Origin: Phoronis australis | Lineage: Eukaryota > Animalia > Phoronida | Direction of reading: 5' to 3' | NCBI GenBank assembly: GCA_002633005.1 | Contig: NMRA01000030.1 | Span: 693,630-757,629, forward strand | Length of the DNA: 64,000 nt | Notes under the pieces: model-generated | The model's database searches: none | Seen by the model: the letters and a program-made list of their open reading frames with translations, nothing else | Told to the model about the DNA's origin: nothing | Translations under genes and position numbers: made by a program | Shown here: piece after piece, positions 29,303 through 42,200 of the stretch | How the letters are laid out: the number at the start of each line of letters is the position of its first letter | Position numbering within the stretch: the stretch's first letter is position 1

Positions 29303-32300
29303 CTAGAAAAACAAATTGGCAAACTAAATAATTCCACACTAAGTAGGTCTATTTCATCAACAAATTGTGTTTTCCAAACAATATTATTCCAATAATTTTT
29401 TTTAAGAAATACATCATAGCATCTGTAGCGTGACCTGTCATTATAAAACTGTCAAAATAATATGAACATATACAATCAAACTCTTTGGTTACAGAAGGAG
29501 GCGCCTCAATACTAGAATTATCCTAATACGTTTCATATCACCCAGGCTCTAGTAACTGGCAAGACTACTGAATCGTCAAACATTTTGTTTTGGTCGATTC
29601 ATGATCCGGTGCTGATATCTGTAGGGTAGTTACTAGCCTCCATGTAAAGCTGAATAAATCTATAATTTTGGATAAGTCTGGGTAAGAATGAGCAAAATAA
29701 ATCCTGAATAAAAGATATCACTAACAAGAGAAACGCGGAGCGTTAAAATGCACCCACGAATGCACTGCAAACGGTGTGCTTCTAGAGTGTTTATTTGTCA
29801 CAAAAATGGCCACTAGATAGTGCAAAAAATTGGAAAATGTCACCATTTTTTAACAGAAAGCTATTTACCACATTTCATGAAAATCCGTCAAGAAACTTTA
29901 GCAAAACTGAAAAAATGAAACTGCTACTAGGGGACAAAGCCTTCATTGGACCCCTTCAGCTTCCGTTGTTAATGTCACATAAATACACTTGCTAAATTTA
30001 ATAAACATTCTGCAGAGGGCTTAGGATATACCGCTAATGGTGCAAAAATGCCACTAGGAGGTGCCACAGTAATTGAAGCCAGAAAATCATCGTCAACTGT
30101 CCTCTTCACACTAACAATATATAAGCCAATTTTCACAATCTTCCTCATTGGTTGACACAGGGCGGATGCCAAAAACAGACTGGAAAGCAAAATACGTCAA
30201 ATCCGTTCAAAAACCAGAAAATGTCACCGTTTCTTTAAAAGAAAGCTATTTCACAAGTTTCATGACAATTCGTTCAGGAACTTCGGAGAAACAGAGGAAA
30301 ACAGAAAAAAATGAAACTGCCACTAATGGCAGTGTTAGTTGCACCTGTCTGAAAGTCGTCGTCTTCCGTTGTTAACTTCATATAAATACACGGGCTAAAT
30401 TTAATAAAGATCCTGCAGAGGGCTTAGGAGATACAGGTATGCCCGGGTGGAAAACAAAAACAAAAATGCCACTAGGAGGCGCCACAGTGGTTGAAGTCAT
30501 CGAAACAACATCGTCAATTGTCCTCTTTATATTAACAACATACATGCCAATTTTCACAATCATCCTTCAAGTGGTTTGGTTGATGGAGGGACGGACGACA
30601 AAAAACTCGAAAACAGTAAAAATGGCCAATAGGTGGCGCAAAATACCTTGAATCCATCTGAAAACGGGAAGAGAGTGTCATCTCATTAATAGATGCCTAT
30701 GTGCTAAATTTTATGGAAATCCATCGAGGACCTTTGAAGATACAGAGGTAAACGTAAAAAAAAATAAAATTGCCACTAGGGAGCAAACCTGTAGTCCGAT
30801 CTGTTCGAAAGTCGCCGTCCCCTGTCGTAAACACATTTACTGCATTTAATAAAGATCCTACAGAGTGTTTAGGAAATACAGCCATGGGCGCAAAAAACAC
30901 AACTGCCACTAGGAGGCACCACAGTAGTTGAAGTCGTCAGAAAATCATCGTCAACCATCCTCTTCATTGTAAAAACATACATGCCAATTTTCACATTCAT
31001 CCTTAGAGTGGTTTGGTTGACAGAGGGACGGACGCCAAAGAATGAACTTGAAAATAGTTAAAATGGCCACTAGATGGCGCAAAATTCCTCGAATCCATCC
31101 AAAAACAGGAGCATAGCGTCAAGTCATCAATAGATGTCTATGTGCCAAATTTCATGAATATCGGTTGAGGACATTTGAAGATACAGGCAAACGTAAAAAA
31201 ACTATAATTGCTACTAGGGGGCACAGCGGTATTCGGGTCGGTCCGAAACTCGTTGCCCTCTGTTGTCAACCCCATAGGAACACACCTGCTAAATTTTAAT
31301 AAGATCCTCCCAGGGGTTTAGGAGATACAGTCGTGGATGCTGGATGCCCAGACAGAGGTGACAGCAATATGCACCCACATATAAATAAATTTGTGCATAA
31401 AACCTGCATTCTTTACTAAATATAGCTAGTTACCCAAGCTGAAACATTCTCATCATTACATTATCCATAACAGCCAATGTCTCTTTTAGATAATTTTTAT
31501 AACAACTGTTCCTCATAGACATTAGTTTTAAGTTAAGAAATAAATTAACTTAATAATTTCCCTTCATGGAGAGTTTTGAGCGCACTGATTCTCGAGCAAA
31601 AATTCAGCTACTTCGAAGTTCCCACAATCTGCCGGTACACGTCGCTTGGTCACCAGCAAATGGTGAAGGGATGAGCGCATGTCACTGATAGAAAAGTTTC
31701 TTAATTAGGTTTACAAAAGCGAGACAGATACAAGTAAGATTGTTGCAACAGACAGTTGAGCAATCAGCATTTAGTATAAGTTTGATATTGAGATGACTAC
31801 AAAGAGCAGACCAAGTTGACAGTGTGTTGCTCTATTATTCCTCAGTTTTTACCCACAGAGCGATTCATAGCTTATTTTGAGATTCAGACATAAAAAGTTA
31901 ACCCTACTGCCTTGCAGTGAAATGTTAGGCAACACCTTTCTAAGAATATTCTTAAGGGTCACTGTCACTCGCAATTTTTTCTGGGCTTTCAACAGGTGTT
32001 ACTGTTGTGGTGTGTGTTAACTCAACCAATGTCATACCCTCTGGCACGAACAAAGTGAAGATGGCCACTTGCCGATTCAAGAAACTGAACGAAGGACTGT
32101 TTGAAAAAAGTTTGATTGTGGGAAGTATTTGTTCGGGCTGGTAAAAGTTAAAGACACCAACTGCCTCCTGTGTCCCTCTAAGCGCAAAAGGTACTTATAA
32201 CAACATGACTTTTATGGCGTAATCAGTGTGAGGCATAATGTGCTGAAAAACTTCTGTGTGTCGTATAGAGGGCCTATGAGATGGTCACCGTAATAATTAG

Positions 32301-33409
32301 GCAATGACCATCGCCTCTGTTGGCTCCATACGCCGGAAGCTTTTCGGCGAATTATGCCTCGCACTGACTAAACCATCAAAGTCGCGTTTTTATAAATACT
32401 TTTGCGCATAGAGGAACACTTTAGGAGGTTGTCGATGTGTTTAATTCCTTCCAACTTGAACAAATACTCCCGTTATCAAACTTTTTCTTCGAGCAGTCCC
32501 TATTTCAGTTCCCAAAATCGTGAACTCAACATTTTTATACTGCGCACGCTCCAATTTTTACCACGCTCGCTAGGTGATGTGACTTCATGACCTTAAATAG
32601 GCCAAAGGTGAGCCATTGCGGTCTAGTCAGTCAAATGTTCGATTCCAAAATGCCACCACTTATACTCGTCTTTAATTGGCGTTACTTGAAACTGATTGTA
32701 TTTCAATGAATTATCGTTTGTATTTGATAAATAAATGCTGTTGATACGATATTTAATAGTCTTTGCGCACATATTTGACACTTTAATTATTAACAGCAAA
32801 TGCACGGCTGGTTCCCGGCAGCACGTACGCAAAGGGTGGGAACTTCAGCTTTCAAAGTTCAACGGTAGGACCGCAACTTCTGACCTTCGGCCTGGTTATA
32901 AGAATCTCTTGGCGTGTGCCGAGTGAAAATGTTGAGTTCACGATTTTGGGAACTGAAATAGGGACTACTCAAAGAAAAAGTTTGATAACAGGAGTATTTG
33001 TTTGAGTTGGAAGGAATTAAACACATCGACAATCTCCTAAGTGTTCCTCTATGTGCATAGGTATTTATAACAACGTGACTTTGATGGTTTAGTCGGTGCG
33101 AGGCATAATTCGCCGAAAAGCTTCCGGAGAATGGAGCGCCTATAGGAGCTGCATCGCCTCTGGTTCAGGCCAACAGAGGCGATGGTCATTGCCTACGTAT
33201 TTATATGCTTCGCTCAGATAACGCCACAGGCACAGGGATCCTGTTAGCCGAAAGCAACAACAAAATGTGGACATTTAAGAATACGTCTAACCTAAAGATG
33301 CTATATGCTGCTCAGACGTCTTGAAGTTACTCTTTTGATCAGGTAAGCTAAAGTTAAGTAGTACAAAAGGGTCAACAACAGTCCGTTCTGCCCTTTTGTC
33401 CGACTCCAT
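28971..33409 (-). CDS. CCDC32: CCDC32/C15orf57-like protein, 2 coding exons, ~149 aa (whole gene span)
   Basis: The join gives SEQHIASL|ENRLAKLKGK..SSKSMIESLAQARE and LDKKLHPERIAVNSDELKVLV. These match recalled human CCDC32 SEVYLASLEKKLRRIKG..SKDMLRTLAQAKKE and LQPDKVAVSTEEVQYLI. Confidence 0.85.
29723..31402 (+). mobile_element. Helentron-associated (HINE/pearl-like) non-autonomous element with an internal ~420-440 bp tandem array, in the CCDC32-like intron
   Basis: aacaagag start, short hairpin aacgc-gga-gcgtt, atgcacccac repeated near both ends, GACA-like stretch, terminal atgcac..gtgcat hairpin then an A-run; about 3.5 internal repeats. Confidence 0.65.
32298..33195. mobile_element. Long-TIR non-autonomous DNA transposon (MULE-like)
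   Basis: ~240-270 bp inverted arms with termini taggcaatgaccatcgcctctgttggc; 9-bp flanks cgtaataat / cgtatttat (7 of 9 match). Confidence 0.8.
33292..33409 (-). CDS. CCDC32: CCDC32-like exon 1 (MESDKRAERTVVDPFVLLNFSLPDQKSNFKTSEQHIASL)
   Basis: aacATGg start, TAG|gttaga donor, phase 1; an in-frame upstream ATG at 33487 is an alternative start. Confidence 0.8.
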
Positions 33410-34299
33410 GTTTGCTTGTATTAAGATAACGCCACACCTTACGTTTTCAAGTAAAATGAACGTACTTTCACCAATTACCTTGAGCATAACTATTCGGAAT
33501 AAATATTATGAGAATATGACTTTAGAAATCAGCGATGTTCTCGAGGCATTCTTCGTTTTCGTCTTACAGTGGCAGCAGCTAACAATGTCGATGCTCCTTT
33601 GTTGCCTAAACAAATGAACACCAACACCGCTGCGCAACAAGATCAATATTTCTGAGAATCCGGCTTGAAGTACTGAGTTCATATATATGATCATTAAAAT
33701 CAACTTCAAATACTTTTGAGGAACGTGAATAAGATACATTAAAACTTTTGTAGTTTTTCCTGTGTTATCAGTAGCTCCAAGTCGCAACCAAGAGTAAAAC
33801 AGCCTTCAGACTGTCACACGTTCAGACCCGGGATTCCGAGTCATATTACCTTTCATTCTCAAAGAAAATAAACCCAGTATTCAAGAAAAGACTGTGTATA
33901 CTACACCGAGCACTGACTTAATACATTATCTAAGACTTTCCAACTGAACCATTACGTATTCAGATGTCCTTAGTTTTAGACTCGCTACTGTACTTTCTTT
34001 TGAATGTTATCAGATGTATTTCTATAGGTGTGTATTATAATTATGTTTATTATTGTTTACACTATTTGTATGCCGAGCATATCATTATATGCATGTTTTG
34101 CCTATGATGTTTTAATGTCTTGTCTTACTTTGTAACGGCATCACCAATAACTTTTAAGTGCCGCATTGTATACTTTTGGATGCTCTAATAATAATTGAAT
34201 CCTGAGCTGAACAATTGCAGATACTGCACATACTGCAGACTGGTGCTCAAATGATGTTAAAAGGATATTACTTACAAGAGGTTTTAATTATTAAAATAA

Positions 34300-34305
34300 T
34301 TTATT
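34300..34305 (-). terminator. Candidate polyadenylation signal (AATAAA) of the PPP1R36-like gene, implying a ~1.9 kb 3' UTR
   Basis: tttatt on the + strand between the stop codon and the CCDC32-like start; T-rich upstream sense sequence. Confidence 0.4.
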
Positions 34306-34565
34306 CAATTTACTTTACATAAACTTCACAGAAAAAAAATATTCCAGAAACATTACAAAACGAAAAAATAGTGGACAAAATTAAAATGCTGTAAAAATAC
34401 ATTCATGTAAACGAACAGACTTGCATCTTGAAAGTGCCTGATGCAACTTCACAGAAGAACTAAATATTCAGTTACAAATTAGGAAACAGTTGTAGGTAGA
34501 AGACAGTAACAGAGACACATGATCGCAGCTAGTAGTAGTGATCACATGCTGAGAACAATTTTACT

Positions 34566-34668
34566 TTTTTGAACTTTAAACTCAAGAAATGTGCAGTATT
34601 TCTTCAAATTCGTTGGGCCAACGAATTTGAAGAAATACTGCACATTTCTTGAGTTTAAAGTTCAAAAA
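34566..34668. repeat. Perfect palindrome, 51 bp arms, 1-nt centre
   Basis: tttttgaactttaaactc...cgttgg-g-ccaacg...gagtttaaagttcaaaaa. Confidence 0.95.
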
Positions 34669-36163
34669 CGTCCACATTGTTTCCACATAAGCTAGCTCAC
34701 ACGAACCATCACTCTACTTTTTTAGTACAAGTCACTTAGTTCATTGTAAACTGCATGTAAACTTGACATACATGGATAACATACTTCCACACTGACGAGT
34801 CAAATGTGTATTAAAACACATAAAGACAATGGTTCAAAGGAGATACTGTAACTTTCTGTTGGGATATACTAGTACTTTAAGGTGTACATAAAAGTAACAA
34901 AAAATAAATTATCCATAAACTATCATAACTGAGCAAACTAGCAGATTCTGTAACCCCAGACACTCACCAAACACTTATGGCAAGAAAAGTTTGGGTAGCC
35001 ATGACAGGGCAACAGTAATATTGTTACATGTTTCATAATACTACATTCCAACCTCACCAGCCAGTGAGTGGCAGCTATTTTGCTAGAGTATCAGGTATTA
35101 GTTTTTCTCACCTGTGATCTTACTTGACCTCGCCAAATATGAAAACACTCGTCTTACAGAATGCTTTCATTTTATAACAAGCTAATAACGAAACTTTCTT
35201 CTTCACATCATCAGACATTCGATGGTTACAAAATCACAAAGACAGAGCCCTTTACTAGAATTATCCACCAACATTTTTTTCTATGACAACATCACACAGT
35301 TATACACATGAAGAAAGCAACTGAACATCATTTAACTGATTGATGGAAGACTGTTATGAAAACACAGTTATGAAGCTTGACCAAGAACGTGTGCTGCCAC
35401 CTGACTGCATCAAGACTTCAGACTTTACACTAAAGATGCATCGTAACAATTAAATCCAAACCATCAAGTTCATTAGGCCAATTACTAAGTCCAGTTTCTG
35501 CAGCAAAATCAGATGAGTTTATCATCTGTACACTGACACTAGTCCAACACATGTTACTTCCCCACCAAAGCTGATGATTTTATACAGAAGAGTTGACTGG
35601 AGCAATGCAGTGTAAATGGCCTAGTCAAGGACACATCTACATTGTCTGCTGCAGCACAGGATTGAACCCTAGATGCTAAACCACTAGAGGGCACAAAGTC
35701 CGACACTGTCAAGTGCAAGGTGGAGAGAGGATAAAATATCACCAGCACTTTTGCCATTGAAGGTCACGTAGGACCCTAGAAAAAGGTACAAAAATTTGGC
35801 TGACTTCGGAACATCATATCTCAGAAATGGCAGACCGAATTCATATGGAACTTATTGACTTTACGCCCTGTTCTTCAAAACGATGTTAAGAATTGTTTGT
35901 AACATGTTCCATTCTTGCACAAAGGGATGCCAAATCAGGACTTTTATGATTTATATGAAAAAAAATGAAATCAAGTTGCATAAAACATAACATTGTCAAT
36001 TGTTTGTCCCACCTTCGCACTAAGGCTCAAGGCCTATATGTGTATCATCAATTGTCACTAATTCATAAGTTTCCCATATTATTATTGTTAATGATCACAG
36101 GACTAATGGAATGCAGCAATGTTAAGTAATGAGATTTCCATAAACGGTATTCTAAGCTTAAAT

Positions 36164-36240
36164 TCATTCGCCTTCAAAGTCAGAAAATGCTTCAGTTGTG
36201 GCCTGTGATGCAGCGGTTGAAACTCGGCTAGGAGGTTTCT
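36164..36240 (-). CDS. PPP1R36: PPP1R36-like terminal coding exon 16 (KPPSRVSTAASQATTEAFSDFEGE*)
   Basis: ctttttgttacag acceptor, phase 1, TGA at 36166-36164. Confidence 0.8.
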
Positions 36241-39200
36241 CTGTAACAAAAAGTAAAGACATCAAAAGACCTTTGACATACCAGTGGGTAAAACTTAATA
36301 CATACTACAGATTTTGAATAGAGACAGAAAAGTTTTAGTTTTAAAGACAACACACACTGCAACACGACAACAGGAAGTCTTACATCAAACTGACGAGTAG
36401 AACTAGGGTTCCAGAAGATTCAAAGTTACAAACACATGTTGAGAGGCAAATTACAAACAACATATGCCAGGAAGAGAAATTGACAAATTGTATGCCCATC
36501 AGAGGTGTGTGAACATCTTCTGATTGACGACTCATATACTTCCAACAAACTGGCAACAGAACTGTATGTTTGGGACAATAACACGCCTAATGCTCACTTT
36601 TCATTTGATTAGGATGATATTTTTTGGCATTTCTGAAAGTTCAGCATTTTCACCAGGAATTTGTCAGAATTCACAGATCTATAGGCTGATTGTTTTTGAC
36701 CCCATGCCTTTTCCGTAAATTTGGCAAACTAGTTTCTGCTGAATATTCAGCTGTTCCTTAATAATTCACACAATCCTAATTAACAATATCAGAACCAAAG
36801 TCTGTCAACAATGTCTAAACTTTTCATTTATCTCAAACATTGCCACTTCTTCAAAGAAAACAATCACAGTGACAATTTCACAATTCTAGACAAGTGAGAC
36901 TTGCATTTGACATTCCAGAATCCAGTCATTTATTTCATGGAGAGGCTGAGAAGAGGCGATGTTTGAGATGAACAACATTCTTAAGTTCTAGATATTAATT
37001 TCAGTGTGTATTCAGTATTCAGCATAGGTCAGTAGGTGCACAACACAATCCTGAAATGTAATCACTCTACAGTGAAGACAAGAACACTTTTTGCGATGCA
37101 TCTCCCTCCACATCAGCAGTAAAGTTGACTGATTGTCCATTAAAGACGATTTCCACTTTCGGCATTGTGAAAAATATAGTAGCTGTCCGCTAACCCCGTT
37201 GTCCCCAGCACAACTCAAAGGGTGTAAGGTTTTGAAAATATTGGTCATTTAATGTTGGTCGTTATGTTGGTCATTATGGATGAGACAGTGAAGCACATAT
37301 TTTTATCGTTGGTACATATGCTGATCATAAAAAATGTTTACTTATGCTAACGTAGGAAAACCTGTTAACTGGGGAGTATAATTATGTAATCACTTAAAAC
37401 ATAAGACTAACATCATGCAACAAAACTAATTCATTTCCAATTTCAAAGAGGTCACTGTGGGTTTTCAGTAATCCATGTAAATTTAACATTTTTGCCAGAA
37501 ATGTCTCTGCTTAAGCACCTGAAACGGAAAAACTGGTGACTTTGTTTTAAAAATTTATAGTAGACAAAACACTAAAATAAAAATATCAAAATTTAAAACG
37601 TCAATAATAAATCAAAGATGTCTCAAACACCTTTAAATAAAAATAGCATAAGGCTGGATACTAACTATAATGATTTACAACCTTTGTTTCTTACAACCTT
37701 TGTTTCATGCTTTTTGACAAATTTCAATTTAGTAAACAGAACACATCACAAACATCATGGTTACAATTGGTGTGTGAACAAACAACATTTAACAAACCAC
37801 AACACATGCACAAGATTACCTCAACCGCAGTCAGTTGTCTGTCAAGAGGATAGAAATTCGATAAAAAAACAAAACAAATAAAACATTCAATCACAATTCT
37901 GTGCCCAACCCAAATCATCAATGTAGTGTTCTCATACCAGAAGTTCTCCAAATAAGCAGCAAGACACGAAGAGATTGACAGACAAAACCCCGCCTTTTAC
38001 TATATTTAGCTTTAGTGTAAAATGTCAGCAGTCACCGTTTCCCTAGAAACCAATCCATAAACCACCAAGAGGCGGCGACTTGACGGTGCAAAACTCTTCA
38101 ACGGTATCTCGTCATTAAAATTGCCAAAATAACCTCTCAACAAATAAAGGTGGGTGACCCAAAGTTTCTGTTGAAAACACTACAACTCTATTTTGAATAG
38201 AAATAACTTATTAAGGAAACCGATTAAAAGAAAATTAGAGAGTGCAAGAAATACAAAAACCCAAAGTTTTAGAAGGTATGCTGAAGCAATTCTACAAAAG
38301 CGTGTTAAATACAACTCAAAACGAAANNNNNNNNNNNNNNNNNNNNNNNNNNNNNNNNNNNNNNNNNNNNNNNNNNNNNNNNNNNNNNNNNNNNNNNNNN
38401 NNNNNNNNNNNNNNNNNNNNNNNNNNNNNNNNNNNNNNNNNNNNNNNNNNNNNNNNNNNNNNNNNNNNNNNNNNNNNNNNNNNNNNNNNNNNNNNNNNNN
38501 NNNNNNNNNNNNNNNNNNTGATGATTTTTAAATAAAAAGTATGAGGAGTAAGATAAACAAGTTCCAATATTCACTTGACATAGAAGTATAGAAGAGTTCG
38601 TGGAGACAGTTTGAGATTCATAGATCCTTATAAATGAAAAAATGTTCATTGAAATTATAGACACATGGTGAACAGAGACACCTGGTGGCTGCCAAAAGTA
38701 TTGCTCACAGGCTACTTTAGTTTTTGACAATATTGGACAAGACAACTAGTTCTTGTCTGTCAGTCATCTAAGTTCTTAACAGGTCCTCCTGGAGGCAATT
38801 TGTTTGCAAGTGTTGGATTTTATATTTTAACCTATTAAAAATAATTAAAAAATTATGGGTCATGGGTTGGAGAAATAAATGAAAAATACGGGCGGTGGGT
38901 ATGAAATAAAAGTGCCTTCCCCCCCCTCCCATACAGATTTTGCTGGAACAGCCCTAAATACAAAATATTTAAAGAATAGGAATTATCATTGATGAGTTAA
39001 ACTGTAGCAAACCTTGTTGCGCGGATGGAACTGTTGACTGGGTCGGCCTGTTAGTGTCCGAGTTTTCACCACTTAAAAAAACAAGAATCGTGTGTAAAAG
39101 AACTAATGAGACAAGAAAGCTAGTTCAACAGGTGACTCAAAGACAGTTTTTACATTCAACAGGAAACGGTCATAAAACAGCACTTATTGTTGGAGGATTT

Positions 39201-42200
39201 TATTGATATTTTGTTTTTTACAGATCAATGGAAAGGACTGACATATCATTCACATTATATGCTGAACTGCATCGCAGTCAGTTAACTACTCACAAGTCAT
39301 TTTGACATCAGAGCAGCACTAATACTAGATGGCTTAATCCAACACATTCACATTTCTACTAAAATGTCAGCTTGATGTCACAGCAAAACTTGCTAGATGG
39401 CTGGACACTAAACAGTCACGTTTCTACTAACATGTCAGCTTGATGTCACAGCAAAACTTACTAGATGGCTGGACACTAAACAGTCACATTTCTACTATAA
39501 ACATGGCAGCTTGATGTCACAGCAAAATTTACCTGATGGCTGGATCCCCCGTCGCTTGCTCAGTATCCTCAGTTTCTTCCAAATCTTTTGGAGCCAGCGT
39601 GATTGAATTGAAGAGTGTCAGGGGCTCGCCAATTATTCCAATTCTAAAAATAAGTAAAAAATTGTAGCTACTGCGACCGTAACATTAGGAAGCAAAACCA
39701 TATTACCAGCAAGTCCATAAGATTAGCACCATCCTCAGCACAACAGTATCAAAGGCGTTAAAATGTGTCTATAGTAACCAGGGCTTGGAATGACCAATGA
39801 CAAAAAACGTGGAAACTTTTACGGCCCAAATCATGCCCGATAACCAGCCTTTGAAATGGTCAATGTGAACCTTTCCACGACAGAGATCGGGAGGACTAAA
39901 AAAAAAAAAAAACGTTACCACCATCACTAGCATGCGTCTGCGTCCTTTTAGCTCACCCATCCACTCCCAACCCACACAATTTTGGCTGCAGAGCGGTAGT
40001 ATTTGTCGCCGTGCTTAACAATAACACGAGCCACCATTGAAAATTACACCACGCTTTACCCAGATGCCCCGGCAATGTTGACAATTTACGTTCCTCCGAA
40101 CAATAAAGAGCAACTTCTGCTTTCCGAGGTGACCGCGGTAAGAAAGGAATTTGCCGCGGAAATTTCATATCAAATCCGATTTTTTTACGCGGAAATATTA
40201 TAAAAAAAGCGGAAAGCACATTTCAAAAAAGCGGAAATCCGCGTTTCCGCGGAAAATTCCAAGCCCTGAGTAACATAAAAGTATAAAAGAAAAGTACTTA
40301 GGTGACTGCATAGAATGGAAAAGCATGAATCACAACAATGTCAACTGGCATGTCTGCATTAATTTACATTATATTATTGATTTAGAACACGACGTATATG
40401 ATAATCACTATCTAGAGGCAGTGGTGAATGATAGTTTTAAGATGTGTAAATGCAGTACTAGTATTCATGTCGTGAAGAAAAAAGAGTGAACGAGGAGAAC
40501 ACTACAGCTAGGTAACCATTACAATATACTGAAGGGCACAAAGTTCAGTTACAACCCTTCACGTCACCAGATCATTTGTCTGAAATCAATCACAGTAGCG
40601 TAACCGAGCAGTTTTAGCTGCAGCTACTCGTAAAAATAATGAAGCTAACATTGTTTCAGTGCTGAATGTTGCTTTTCATGAGGCTATTAAAACATTCATA
40701 CCACATTTATCCAATTTCACACACTTTAGATATGTTAAGACCGAGAACATGTGACCTTCAGTGCAGTGTTTGTGACCCGCCAACTACACAGAATTCAGGC
40801 TCACAGTACACAAGTCCTCTATAAAGACTACTGGGGTATAGCGCCCTCCTAATTATTTAGTTGAGCCTAACAAGTTCATCTCCCAAAAAACACATGGTGA
40901 AAATCGACATATCGTGAGTCTTCTCAAAAATGGTTCGGCAATCAGCCATTTTAAAAGGTGACAGAAGCAAAAAAAAGATATCAAAAACAGAACTTGCCGC
41001 TTGGTCTTGCTTTTGACGCCACACCTTACAAGATAATGCATGATTTTTTCGAATGAAAATGCCGGACATGGTTGCATGTGGAGATAACCTGACTGGATCT
41101 AAGAAAGATAATGCACTAGTGTTGGCTTACAAACACTTATTTACTGGAACCTGGTAAAAACTTACTTTAAATTCCCCCTGTTGATATTTACTGAGGAAAG
41201 GTTCTGGAGAATGTCATCAGGATCATCAAGGGTCTGCTTTGATAAAGAGCTACAAGAGATTATATGTATCAGCAGGATCTGAACAGTACAAACCAGAAGT
41301 GTATACTTTAATGTCTAGAAGAACAAATTTACAATGTGGACTGGTGACCAGCCATGACATGTCAGTGATAACACTGTCACTTGGCTAGCACACAACATGA
41401 GCCAACTAAAAGTTCTTATGTTGGTCATCTGCATATCTCTAAAGCATGCAAAAGGAGGATACTCTATTCAATTATACACACGCTTTACTGTTTGAAAATA
41501 TACATCAAGCTTTGTGTGGGTGCCATGCCATCTGATCATACATTACTACGATTATCTCAACATAAAACCAGTGACATCAGAAGCGAATGGGATAAATATA
41601 AGGAACAAAAATAAGCAAAATGTTCATAGGCAAAAAATCAAATAGCATACTTGGGTGAAAGTGGTCGACTTCTTTTGAACAAGTAACCGGCTTCCTCCTT
41701 GGGCGACGGCAATATTGCTACAACAGCTGGTGACCTCTGGCTGCAAACAGAAGAAATGTTGTAACTATATCTATCTACGACAATACAGACAATTGGAGGA
41801 AGTGTCCTAAAAGGTTTGTAACAGACGACACAGTTATGTTATTCATAAAAAGTTACATAGGGCAGTGAGTTTCATTGACATTAATCTATAAAATGACCAA
41901 TAAACGTTTACGGAGTGAACTGAGTGCTCCAATGTACTCGCACTTTAAAGTTTTAATAAGAGTAATCTACAAAAATTGCAGATATCAAAATCATAATTAT
42001 ATTTGTATTTCAATACACAATGTCTTCCAACAACACTAGCATGATTGTTTCTGTTATAATGACAGAAGGTATTCACTTGACTAGGGCAATTAGAGTTGGT
42101 ATTCACTTGATAAGGGCAATTAGAGTTGAAACTAACGATGAAGTCAAGGGCAAATTTAACATGAAACAAAAATAAACACTTACTTGATTATGCTTCTAAT

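Noticed and set aside
33570-33654. Plus-strand terminal exon (AAANNVDAPLLPKQ...YF*) after a good acceptor
   Set aside because: No credible upstream + strand exons; it overlaps the presumed CCDC32-like promoter.
38193-38745. ORFs spanning X runs
   Set aside because: Artefacts of the N gap.
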